64,000 bases of DNA from a bacterium (lineage in GTDB: Bacteria > Margulisbacteria > Marinamargulisbacteria > GCA-2716485 > JAYNIM01): NCBI GenBank assembly GCA_038109055.1, contig JAYNIM010000001.1, positions 500,631 to 564,630 on the forward strand. The letters are read 5' to 3'. The notes beneath the pieces were generated by a model. That model had not been told where the DNA came from. It did not search any database and saw nothing but the letters and a program-made list of their open reading frames with translations. This document shows, one piece after another, positions 46,946-55,496 of the stretch. A program made the translations under genes and the position numbers. Numbering within the stretch: position 1 is the first letter of the stretch; the number at the start of each line of letters is the position of its first letter.

Positions 46946-47394
46946 GGCTGTACGGCTATCTTTCCTTTATACAAGAGGGTATTACTGTCTTTTTCGTAAA
47001 TCAGAAATAAATAAACGCCCGGTGTGAAATACTGATTTGCAAGTTCAGCTCGTTTGATCTCAACTTTATTTACTCCCTGTTTAGCCCCTGCTTGATTACG
47101 TAATATTACTTTTGTAAATAAGGCATTTCCTATCGAATTGTAGATGTTTATTTTGATTGTTTCTGCAGATTCTAAATAATAAAACAGTGTAGGAAATCCT
47201 CCTTTGTTGATATAGAAGGGATTCGGCCAGCTTAAGGCTTGTTTTTTAACTGTTTCTAAACTTAGGGTCTCGTCTGAACTGCTAGTAGATATAAAGGAAA
47301 ATGGTGGATCGCCAAAGGAAGAAAATGCGACATACGCAGATAGTGACGTCTGTAATGCCATAGCCATGACAATTACGATGATGATTCTTTTCAT
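46942..47394 (-). CDS. Small secreted protein with a C-terminal beta-sandwich resembling T9SS-type / FlgD-Ig-like sorting domains
   Basis: Signal peptide. WPNPFYINKGGFPTLFYYLESAETIKINIYNSIGNALF......GVYLFLIYEKD...YKGKIAV resembles the pattern ..PNPF......I.Y.L.....V.I.IY...G..V.....G.Y.......K... Confidence 0.4.
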   Translation of the reverse strand: MKRIIIVIVMAMALQTSLSAYVAFSSFGDPPFSFISTSSSDETLSLETVKKQALSWPNPFYINKGGFPTLFYYLESAETIKINIYNSIGNALFTKVILRNQAGAKQGVNKVEIKRAELANQYFTPGVYLFLIYEKDSNTLLYKGKIAVQP

Positions 47395-47417
47395 TCCCCC
47401 CCCTTTTTTTTATATTT

Positions 47418-49751
47418 TTATTGCAATGAAATTAAAACCAGAACATAGTCTGTTTCCCCTATGTTTAAACGTGTTAAGGCTTTGCCTAAAATAGCACCGT
47501 GGGCTTGGGTGGTATCGACTGCCTTCATGGCATGTCCTTCTGTATCAGAACTTGTTAAAAAGTCACCTATTTCAATCCCTGTGTTTAAACCAACACTTTT
47601 TACCCATACACGTCCCAACATCGCGATATTCTGATCTCCATCCATGAGGGTTCCTTCTTGTCCTTTCAAAATCATTCCAGGACTCACCCCCTTAGCGCCA
47701 CTTATGACACCAATGACTTTTTTATCGTAGGCACTATTAGATAGTTTTGCCTTTCCAGGATTCTGTGTATCTGCAATCACTACCATCCCAGGCTCAATCG
47801 TTGTGTTAGATGCGGATACAAAGAATTTCTCTGCAATATCTGCACTCCCATCGGTCAAATATGCCTCGCCAGCTGGAATCATAATACTTCCGTTGACTTC
47901 TAGTTTTTCAGTTGGATCAGTTACACCTATTCCTACATTGCCATTTGCTTGAATTGTCATGATATTATTTACATCCCAAAAACCAAAATGCATTTTGTTA
48001 GATGCACTGGTATCTGCAACATGTTCATAACCTATCCAAGCTGTATTGTATGAAGTCAATGATTTACCAAAGGCAAAATTCGCAATTTGACCACTTGTTA
48101 ATGCTGAATTTACATATTCCCATCCACGAGTCCGTGTTCCATCTGTAAAAGATTTATTAATTCGAAAAGGGATACTTGAATCAGAAATATCAATTTGAAA
48201 TTTTGCGTCACTAGGATCGCTTGTTCCAATCCCAACATTCCCCTTATCTTTAATAAAGATGCCATTAGACTCATCATCATAAAGGCCAAGACCATTCCCA
48301 TCTTGAGCTTGAATGCTAGAGCTAAAAAAGGCTGTTGCTGTCGCATTTCCTGTTAATTTTATATCTCCACTTACCCCAATATTCCCCACTACAGATAATT
48401 TTTTATCAGGGGTTTCCGTTCCTATCCCTACATTTCCTAAGGTGTAATAGGCTACGTTATTATTTCCTGTGACAAAGACACGTTCACTTGAAATACCGGT
48501 CAAATTTGACCCATCTATCGCTGGCAAAGACCCTATCAGTTCATTTGCTGGTATCTTTCTTAAACCACTCCCTTCTCCACTAAAACTTTTTGCCGTAATG
48601 GATCCATTTGCTGTAGCATCTCCTGTTAGTGTTATATCTCCACTTACCCCAATATTCCCCACTACAGATAATTTTTTATCTGGGGTTTCTGTTCCGATTC
48701 CTACATTCCCTAAGCTGTAATAGGCTACGTTATTATTTCCTGTGACAAAGACACGTTCAATTGAAATACCGGTCAAGTTTGATCCATCTATCGCTGGCAA
48801 CGATCCTTTAAGTTCAGCTGCGGTTAGATTTGTTAAGCCACTTCCATCCCCACTAATATTTGTTGCTAATACACTACCATTTGCTGATACATGTCCGTCT
48901 ATATACATAAAGTTATTTCCCGACACCTTTCCTACTTCAAGTATATTACTTTTCATATTTTCCATATTTCCAAGTCCATCACCTATTGCAAAATACAGGT
49001 CTGCTTCTGCATCATATTCACTACTTGTTTTATTGAATTTCCCAATGACTAATGAGTTGTCCCATGCGCTTAGTGTATAATTCCCCATAGCGGTTGAATA
49101 ATCTCCTGAAGCGACTGTTCCCCATCCACTGGCGCTTGCATAATCTCCTGTAGCTGATGTATTTGCCGATCCCCATTTTAATGCATTAGTTCCGCTTCCT
49201 TCCTCTAGTCCTGCGGGAAGGACGGTTGTTGTATTTGATGAAATCACCGTCCCATTCGTCAACATAATACTGTCCGCTTGTAGAGTTCCATTAATACTTA
49301 CATTGCCAGTATAATTATTGGTGACAATTTTGTTATTTACTGGATCTGTCCAGTCTAAAGAATTTGCAACTACTGCAAAAGGGACCGTTGTTATGTAGGA
49401 TGTTTTATAGATAGTATTCATGTCATTCACATAAATGTCTATTCTTGGTAAGTGTGTAGCGTCTGGAAAATCATAGGCCATTATTGCTTCTTCGAATGTT
49501 TGTCTGACGCCATTTCCATTTACATGTTCATCTAAGTCAATTTTAATAATAGAATTGTTTATATCTTCGTTATGAGCACCTGTTTCCCAAATCATGTTTC
49601 CACTACTATCTAAAAGTTTGACATTGACTTGTGCAGTTCCGTTTGGACTTGAAACTTGAACATGAATCTGCGCATGAGGAGGATTTGCCATGAGGGGTAA
49701 TGCTAATAAACATAGACTAACCGCTAGGATTCCTATTATTTTCTTATACAC
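47418..49751 (-). CDS. Large secreted repeat protein with tail-fibre-like GNVGIGT repeats
   Basis: Signal peptide. Multiple GNVGIGTETPDKKLSVVGNIGVSGDI / GNVGIGTSDPSDAKFQI / GNVGIGVTDPTEKLEVNGSI units, as seen in tail-fibre-like and chlorovirus-glycoprotein-repeat proteins. Contains an internal 91-aa tandem duplication. Confidence 0.6.
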   Translation of the reverse strand: MYKKIIGILAVSLCLLALPLMANPPHAQIHVQVSSPNGTAQVNVKLLDSSGNMIWETGAHNEDINNSIIKIDLDEHVNGNGVRQTFEEAIMAYDFPDATHLPRIDIYVNDMNTIYKTSYITTVPFAVVANSLDWTDPVNNKIVTNNYTGNVSINGTLQADSIMLTNGTVISSNTTTVLPAGLEEGSGTNALKWGSANTSATGDYASASGWGTVASGDYSTAMGNYTLSAWDNSLVIGKFNKTSSEYDAEADLYFAIGDGLGNMENMKSNILEVGKVSGNNFMYIDGHVSANGSVLATNISGDGSGLTNLTAAELKGSLPAIDGSNLTGISIERVFVTGNNNVAYYSLGNVGIGTETPDKKLSVVGNIGVSGDITLTGDATANGSITAKSFSGEGSGLRKIPANELIGSLPAIDGSNLTGISSERVFVTGNNNVAYYTLGNVGIGTETPDKKLSVVGNIGVSGDIKLTGNATATAFFSSSIQAQDGNGLGLYDDESNGIFIKDKGNVGIGTSDPSDAKFQIDISDSSIPFRINKSFTDGTRTRGWEYVNSALTSGQIANFAFGKSLTSYNTAWIGYEHVADTSASNKMHFGFWDVNNIMTIQANGNVGIGVTDPTEKLEVNGSIMIPAGEAYLTDGSADIAEKFFVSASNTTIEPGMVVIADTQNPGKAKLSNSAYDKKVIGVISGAKGVSPGMILKGQEGTLMDGDQNIAMLGRVWVKSVGLNTGIEIGDFLTSSDTEGHAMKAVDTTQAHGAILGKALTRLNIGETDYVLVLISLQ
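48361..48801 (-). repeat. Intragenic tandem duplication, period 273 bp (91 aa)
   Basis: 48361-48528 and 48634-48801 are nearly identical. The protein reads ...GSLPAIDGSNLTGIS(I/S)ERVFVTGNNNVAYY(S/T)LGNVGIGTETPDKKLSVVGNIGVSGDI... twice. Confidence 0.85.
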
Positions 49752-49959
49752 GTTTTATCACTCCCATGTTTATTTCCCCCTTTTATCTTGAACTCAGGTT
49801 TTATTGATAGTTTTACTTATTCTTTGTTCCACATTATGTTTTTTTACCCACATTCTGCCTATTTTAAACATTTATTTTTATCCCCCTCTATTTTTACTAT
49901 GTTGTGATCTACCTATAGCTCCTATCCTTTTACGTGGTAATTTTTTAGCGTGTTTGACG

Positions 49960-52269
49960 CTATTTTTTATTAATCAACAGCAGCGTATTTCCCACAAAGC
50001 TTGGCCTTGTTTGTTCCGGCTCTTTGGGGGGTGTTTTTTCAGATAGGTCACGCATCCATATGGCGAGGCTTTGGCCTTGGTGGTAGGTGTTTGATGACTG
50101 GCCTGTTTTTTTAGCTTGATCGATCTTATTTTGACCGTTTTCATCGATAAATAAGGCAAAACTACTATGATCTGCAGCTGCTATGCTAAAGGTTTGATCG
50201 GGTGTTTGGTACTGGTCATGTCCGTCTTTGTCTATAAACATCGTGACGCTTTGATCCCAGGCAGCCGAGATTTTCACCCCTTGGCTCCCACGATAACGAT
50301 CATTTCCTCCTTCGTCATAAAACAACCCAACAGCTTGATGTGCCGCAGTGGCCATACTATAACGTGAAGCCTGATATTCATCGTCTTCGTTGCCTAAATT
50401 TAATAGGACCCCTAAGCCATACGCATAGCCTGTTCCTAAGGAAAAATTCCCGGCCAAAAAGCTGTCCTTTCCCTGCCTGTCTAATAACAACCCGATACCG
50501 CCAGAGGCCATTTCTCTAAATCCTATCCCCAGTCCCTGCGCTGCACCTTTAAAGACATTGTCTGTCCCATAACTACTTTTAAAGCCGCCAAGAGCGCGAT
50601 AGCGGTCATGCCCCTTTCTGTCATCTATAAATCCCAGTCCTCTGGGCAGCCCCAGCCCCTGACCAAAGCCTTGTATCTGATACTGATCCTGCCCCTTTTG
50701 ATCAATAATGCCCCCAACCCCTGCAAATCCAATGCCCTGACAGAGTTGTTGGCCGATATAGGTATCGTTGCCTTGCTGATCGATCACTAAACCCAGTCCA
50801 AAAATACCTATACCCTGCCCCCAGACCTTCGAGATATAGGTATCGTTGCCTTTGACATCTATGAGTATCGATACCCCTAAACACGCTGCCCCCTGCGCTA
50901 AGGGTTCTGTGGCGATGTAGCTGTCATCTCCGTCAAAATCAAGGATGATCTGTGACTGGCCCGGACTGGCATGTGTGAGATACTGATCGTTGCCCCCTAA
51001 ATCAATGATTACTGCGACGGATTTTGTGTAGACCTGATCACTTTCATTGCCAATTATGATGTCTCCAAAGGCTGTTTTTTCCTGTCGTAATATCCCATTT
51101 TTGCTAGGACGTCGTTGGCCTACGGTGTTTTTGAGATGTTTTTTAAAGGCCTTCAACCAACGTTTATCTTGCAAAAAAGCCAGTGTATCACTGGCCTGAT
51201 ATAGGGAAGGAAGATCGACCTTTCGAACCAAGTCTACTAGTCTTTCTGACTTGTCGAAAGTGTTGGGTTCTCCTAAGGCTGATAGGGCGTAATGTTCGAC
51301 TAACTCTGTATTTAAAAAGCTGAGTGACTCTTGAATTGTTTGGCGTTCTTCGCTGTTTAAAGGGTTAAAGGCAGCTTCTGCTTGTTTAAAGGCTTTTTCG
51401 AGACCTTGCTTAAACCCAAGTAAGGTAGCTGGTGGTATATTCATCTCCTGTTTAGAGACGAGAGGGACTGATTGCAAATATTGAAAATAATGCCGTAGTT
51501 GCTGTGCTGTGTTCTGTCTGTGTTGTTGCATCATATGGGTTAGTACCTGATCTGCACCTGCAATAGGGTCTTGTTTGATGTATCTTAATAAGGGGACTCT
51601 AATTCCATCATCCCAGTATTCGGTTTTTTTGATCAAGGATTTTACCTGTTGATACTGTGTCCATTTATCTACCTGTTTTAACGCGTCTTTACACACTGCT
51701 TCTAGCTCTGAATTTTGAGATAGTTGAGGAAATAGTTCCTTGTTGCTTGATGGGGGCGTGAGTCGTTCAAAACGTTTTTGCCTTAGGGTAATCCTGTAGT
51801 TTAAGACCTCCCCTTTTTTAAAAAACTTTAGTGGTAGGTATTGGTTTAGGGGCATTTTTTCGGCCATGAGATCTAACTGTGCATCTGTGACGGGTATTTG
51901 TTGATAGCTAAGCTCTGTGTGGGCACGTAGAACCTTTAGACTGAGTTCTTCCCCAATCTGTTTGACCTTAGTAAGATGTTTTTTAAATTGTTGAAGTTGC
52001 TGATTAGGCGTACAGTCCTGAAAGTTATTACCATCATAACTCAAAATAATGTCGCCTGCTTTTAAGCCTGCTGCTTTGGCTGCTGTATTTTGTAAAACAA
52101 CATTAATTTTAATGGCCTGTTGCTTGCTGCTGTCTTTGGATACCTGTACCTCGATGGCTTTCATGGCAATTCCCAAAAAAGGGGTTGGTCTGTGTGCTGT
52201 CTTGGGATCTGCCTGTATAGACATACTGGCAATTACACTCAGAACTAACGATAGATACCTAAGAGACAT
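49960..52269 (-). CDS. Secreted PDZ-domain protein with a C-terminal array of ~11 short GxDxY repeats
   Basis: Signal peptide MSLRYLSLVLSVIASMSIQA. PDZ-like block INVVLQNTAAKAAGLKAGDIILSYDG. Repeats GGNDQY, DGDDSY, KGNDTY, QGNDTY, KGQDQY, KGHDRY, QGKDSF, NEDDEY, GGNDRY, DGHDQY. Confidence 0.6.
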   Translation of the reverse strand: MSLRYLSLVLSVIASMSIQADPKTAHRPTPFLGIAMKAIEVQVSKDSSKQQAIKINVVLQNTAAKAAGLKAGDIILSYDGNNFQDCTPNQQLQQFKKHLTKVKQIGEELSLKVLRAHTELSYQQIPVTDAQLDLMAEKMPLNQYLPLKFFKKGEVLNYRITLRQKRFERLTPPSSNKELFPQLSQNSELEAVCKDALKQVDKWTQYQQVKSLIKKTEYWDDGIRVPLLRYIKQDPIAGADQVLTHMMQQHRQNTAQQLRHYFQYLQSVPLVSKQEMNIPPATLLGFKQGLEKAFKQAEAAFNPLNSEERQTIQESLSFLNTELVEHYALSALGEPNTFDKSERLVDLVRKVDLPSLYQASDTLAFLQDKRWLKAFKKHLKNTVGQRRPSKNGILRQEKTAFGDIIIGNESDQVYTKSVAVIIDLGGNDQYLTHASPGQSQIILDFDGDDSYIATEPLAQGAACLGVSILIDVKGNDTYISKVWGQGIGIFGLGLVIDQQGNDTYIGQQLCQGIGFAGVGGIIDQKGQDQYQIQGFGQGLGLPRGLGFIDDRKGHDRYRALGGFKSSYGTDNVFKGAAQGLGIGFREMASGGIGLLLDRQGKDSFLAGNFSLGTGYAYGLGVLLNLGNEDDEYQASRYSMATAAHQAVGLFYDEGGNDRYRGSQGVKISAAWDQSVTMFIDKDGHDQYQTPDQTFSIAAADHSSFALFIDENGQNKIDQAKKTGQSSNTYHQGQSLAIWMRDLSEKTPPKEPEQTRPSFVGNTLLLINKK
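50170..51000 (-). repeat. Coding array of ~20-25 aa (I/L)xDxxGxDxY...QG.G.G repeats
   Basis: Read directly from the translation of 49960-52269 (aa ~425-700). Boundaries are approximate. Confidence 0.6.
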
Positions 52270-52324
52270 TCATCTTAGAATAACATAGCCCCTTTCTTCT
52301 CTGTAGTAACTTATGGTTTATTAA

Positions 52325-52425
52325 CTGCCTCATTAAATTGCACTAAAAAAACCAAACTACAGTAAAAACAAAACAAGAAACACTTTTTTTAATTTAACCC
52401 CTAATTTTTCTTCATTCAAAAAAAC
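52325..52425. mobile_element. Solo terminal fragment (101 bp) of the IS found intact at 55497-56586
   Basis: CTGCCTCATTAAATTGCACTAAAAAAACCAAACTACAGTAAAAACAAAACAAGAAACAC...TTCATTCAAAAAAAC matches the 55497-55621 end of the IS, apart from a ~22-bp internal duplication and a 1-nt A-run difference in the full copy. It is preceded by the same TTAA. Confidence 0.8.
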
Positions 52426-52466
52426 ATCACGAGTTAGCAATAAGATGTTTTCTTAAAAGAAATTCA

Positions 52467-52973
52467 TTATTTTTCAATAAAAATTAACTTCAGAAACAAA
52501 GAAACTGTCCTTGATACCCCCATGGTCATTCCCTTTTCTAACTCCTCAACATCCGAAGAAATTAAATATAATCCAGACAATATCTTGGGTTTTAAGGCTG
52601 TTAAACACAGAGCTTTTTCTATTTCATAAACATCATAACGAAGCGTATTAAACAAGGCATTACCAGAATATTCCTCCAATACACGCAAAGCTTCTGTTGC
52701 TCGCTTAAAATTAGCCGTTAATAAGGCCTGTAAAGACAATCTTGAGGGCAGGGTTTCTTTCGCACGTTGATCTTGTGAGGTGTCTCGGGCCATCAAATGC
52801 GCCTGGCGATCAGGATAGACCCCATTAATTTTCTTTCGTAGCCCGGCCAATGCATCCGTCAGTGCTTTATTGCCGCATTCAAAACGGCAATAATCTTCTA
52901 ATGCGCGCAATCCTTCACTGGCCCTGTTAATATTTGCATCAATAATGGCACTGTAATCGTTCTTAGCTAACAT
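52467..52973 (-). pseudogene. thiE: 3'-truncated thiamine-phosphate synthase gene (ThiD2-type N-terminal domain plus only the first ~20 aa of the ThiE barrel)
   Basis: IIDANINRASEGLRALEDYCRF and ANFKRATEALRVLEEY are ThiD2-domain repeats. The ThiE start LYLISSDVEELEKGMTMGV breaks off after a few residues into unrelated sequence and a stop, 41 bp from the solo IS end. Confidence 0.55.
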
Positions 52974-53290
52974 TGTTTTTAATCGTTTCTTCAGTTTTTA
53001 TTGAAGTCAGATCTATAAAAAATCTCTCTAAATAATCACATAGCAGTAAGGCAAGCTCGTTTTTAGTAATATCATCAAACGATCTCACCTTATCAGACGA
53101 ATCAATAAAAGACACACTCGTCGTATCCTGATTGAAAAACTTTATTATTCGAAATATCATTTACCACAATCAAATCAAGCTGTTTTGAGTGCCGTTTAAC
53201 TGTTGCACGAGCAATAACATCCTCACTTTCAGAAGCAAATCCCACCACGCAGGTCGGGCGTTTTGAATGATGAGCGTTCTGTTTTTGATA
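52963..53290 (-). pseudogene. coaBC: Remnant of coaBC (dfp): C-terminal ~105 codons only, with a frameshift
   Basis: My translation of one minus frame gives KRPTCVVGFASESEDVIARATVKRHSKQLDLIVVNDISNNK. After a shift near 53140-53160, the track ORF 52963-53160 continues FNQDTTSVSFIDSSDKVRSFDDITKNELALLLCDYL. Together these parallel the E. coli Dfp C-terminus [72 protein letters not shown]. An in-frame stop lies at 53291-53293 and there is no upstream coaBC sequence. Confidence 0.65.
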
Positions 53291-53371
53291 TCAAGAAAAG
53301 TTTTGAACAGAAGTTAGTTCGTGAAGCAAGACAATTGTTTGTGTCTTATGTTCAAGCTAAAAAAAATATTT

Positions 53372-55306
53372 TCATATGCTATAACCATACCTATCAAGTG
53401 CTGCTTTACATATTTTATCTAATAACATTTCGTAAGAAATTCCCGCAAATCCAGCCATTAAATTTAATTTTCCATCCCAGCACCATCCAGGATTAGGATT
53501 AACTTCCAATAATTTAAGTTTTCCATAGGCATCACATCTAAAATCCATACGAGCATAATCTCGACAATCTAAACGCTCAAATAACATTTTTGAATAATCA
53601 ATCAACTTGGATTGCTCATCAGCAGACAAAAGTGCTTCGTGATACGAAATTTTTTGCCAATAAGCAGAATCGGGCATCCATTTTGACTCATATGATAAAA
53701 TTTTGGGTAATTCTTGGGGAAGTTGATCATAATTAACCTCTAAAATAGGTAAGGCTTCTACTAAAGATCCATTGCCAATTAACCCAACACTATATTCATT
53801 GCCTGCTAAAAATTCTTGTATCAAAATAGGCGTATTTGGAAATTGATATGTAAGCTCTGTTAAATAATCCAAGAGTTCCATCGCATTATATACCACCGCA
53901 TTTTGTGTAATTCCTATCGAGCTATCTCCATAAGCAGGTTTTAAAAGAGCCGGAAAAACAGAGGGAATATTGGCGGCTTGATCATTAGGATGATAATACG
54001 TTTCTTGAGCAACAGGAATACCCATACTATCTGCAATAGCTCTGACTTTTGACTTATCATAACAAAGAGATAAACAAGTAGGAGCCGCACCTGAGTATGG
54101 AACCCCTAATATTTCTAAAAGAGCTGGAATATGCAATTCCATTTTTGCATTATTTTTAAAGCCTTCATCACACAAATTAAACACAAAATCAGGAGGTGTA
54201 TGGATTAATTTTTGAAGTAAATCTTTGTGATTATCTAAAAAGCTAAGTTGGTAAGTATTAAGCTTTTTTAATGCTTTTTTTAAACACTTTATTGTTTCAA
54301 GATCTTCAGTATTAAATTTCCCATCTTTTTTTACAGCATCGGGTAAGCGATGATCTCCAAGAATAACGGTCATTCTTTTTTTAACCGTTGTGGATACATG
54401 AATATTTTTTTTAGCAGGGGCTTCACACGTTATAAATAAACGATTGGCCATCATCCCTAAATCTTGTCCACGGGTAGATAAGGCCTGAACCGAACAAAAA
54501 TCCTTGATTGTTTTAAATCCCAAGTCACTTAATATACGCTTTATTTCACTTAATTCATAAATTCTTTCTGCATAAAACTGATCTGCAAGAATTCCTTTTT
54601 CTGCATGAGTAATGACTTCCCGTGTTATAATACGGGTCCCATCTGAACTTAAGCTTCGTTCTCTGTTAACAAAATGTTGCTGGTCTATCCATTCCCATGA
54701 TCTTGCTTCAAAATGCTGCCTCATCCATGATCCATCCACAATATCTAACACCAATTTACCTTTTGATTTCAGCAGCAATAAAATTGAATTTAAAATAGAA
54801 ATATCATCTTCTTCTCGTTCAAAATAACCAAAAGAATTTCCTAATAAAAACACACAATCTACAGAATGAGAGACCCCTTTTAATTTGCGGGCATCTCCTT
54901 CCGAAAATTGAATACGCAAGCCTTTTTCAAGTGCACGTTTTCTAGCTAATCTTATTAAATAACGCGATCGATCTATCCCTTTTACCTTGCTAAATCCCCT
55001 ACGGGCCAATTCTATAGAATGACGACCTTGACCACAACATACATCCAATAACTGGTCATTTGTGCTAATACCGGTAGCTTTTATAAGCAAATCAATTTCA
55101 TATTTGGTATTAAGATCATTTTCAACCACATCTCCATCTGTTTTTAAATATAAGGAATTAAAAATATTTTTCCACCAATCCGAAGGCAAATGCCTTTCTA
55201 AATCAGAAATAGGACCCAAGGATTTCAAAGGTTTTACAGTTTTATCTATTTTTTTTGTAAGCACTTCTTTTTTTTTGATTTTTATATTCACCAAGATATC
55301 TCCCAA
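53372..55306 (-). CDS. Fusion protein: class I SAM-dependent methyltransferase (N-terminal) plus D-Ala-D-Ala-ligase-like ATP-grasp enzyme (C-terminal)
   Basis: MTase motif I LLDVCCGQGRHSIELARRGF and post-I/II FSEGDARKL, VDCVFLLGNSFGYF. ATP-grasp: KSKVRAIADSMGIPVA, PALLKPAYGDSSIGI, ILIQEFLAGNEYSVGLIG, ARMDFRCDAYGKLKLLEVNPNPGW. Confidence 0.75.
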   Translation of the reverse strand: MGDILVNIKIKKKEVLTKKIDKTVKPLKSLGPISDLERHLPSDWWKNIFNSLYLKTDGDVVENDLNTKYEIDLLIKATGISTNDQLLDVCCGQGRHSIELARRGFSKVKGIDRSRYLIRLARKRALEKGLRIQFSEGDARKLKGVSHSVDCVFLLGNSFGYFEREEDDISILNSILLLLKSKGKLVLDIVDGSWMRQHFEARSWEWIDQQHFVNRERSLSSDGTRIITREVITHAEKGILADQFYAERIYELSEIKRILSDLGFKTIKDFCSVQALSTRGQDLGMMANRLFITCEAPAKKNIHVSTTVKKRMTVILGDHRLPDAVKKDGKFNTEDLETIKCLKKALKKLNTYQLSFLDNHKDLLQKLIHTPPDFVFNLCDEGFKNNAKMELHIPALLEILGVPYSGAAPTCLSLCYDKSKVRAIADSMGIPVAQETYYHPNDQAANIPSVFPALLKPAYGDSSIGITQNAVVYNAMELLDYLTELTYQFPNTPILIQEFLAGNEYSVGLIGNGSLVEALPILEVNYDQLPQELPKILSYESKWMPDSAYWQKISYHEALLSADEQSKLIDYSKMLFERLDCRDYARMDFRCDAYGKLKLLEVNPNPGWCWDGKLNLMAGFAGISYEMLLDKICKAALDRYGYSI

Positions 55307-55496
55307 TCATTTAAAAATTTATTTAGTTAAATATTCATTTTATACAAAAAAACTTAAATAAAAGAAAGCATTTTTTAAACTCAAAAAAAAATCAACCCTT
55401 AAAAGAAATTTCAATATTTCTAATGCATATTACATCGCTTTTTTTGGTGAGTCTGTTTATTATGTTTTGCTCGTATTTTTTTAAATATTTCTTTAA

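Noticed and set aside
48469-49080. Two plus-strand ORFs both starting MTKTRS(L/I)EIPVKFDPSIAG
   Set aside because: They are antisense readings of the 273-bp tandem duplication inside the minus-strand repeat-protein gene. They are useful only as a marker of that repeat.
49804-50046. 80-aa hydrophobic plus-strand ORF between the two large surface-protein genes
   Set aside because: It has a TTG start, overlaps the 3' end of the PDZ-protein gene on the opposite strand, and shows no RBS or motif.
53263-53496. 77-aa plus-strand ORF
   Set aside because: It lies antisense to the coaBC remnant and to the 3' end of the methyltransferase/ATP-grasp gene, so it is most likely spurious.
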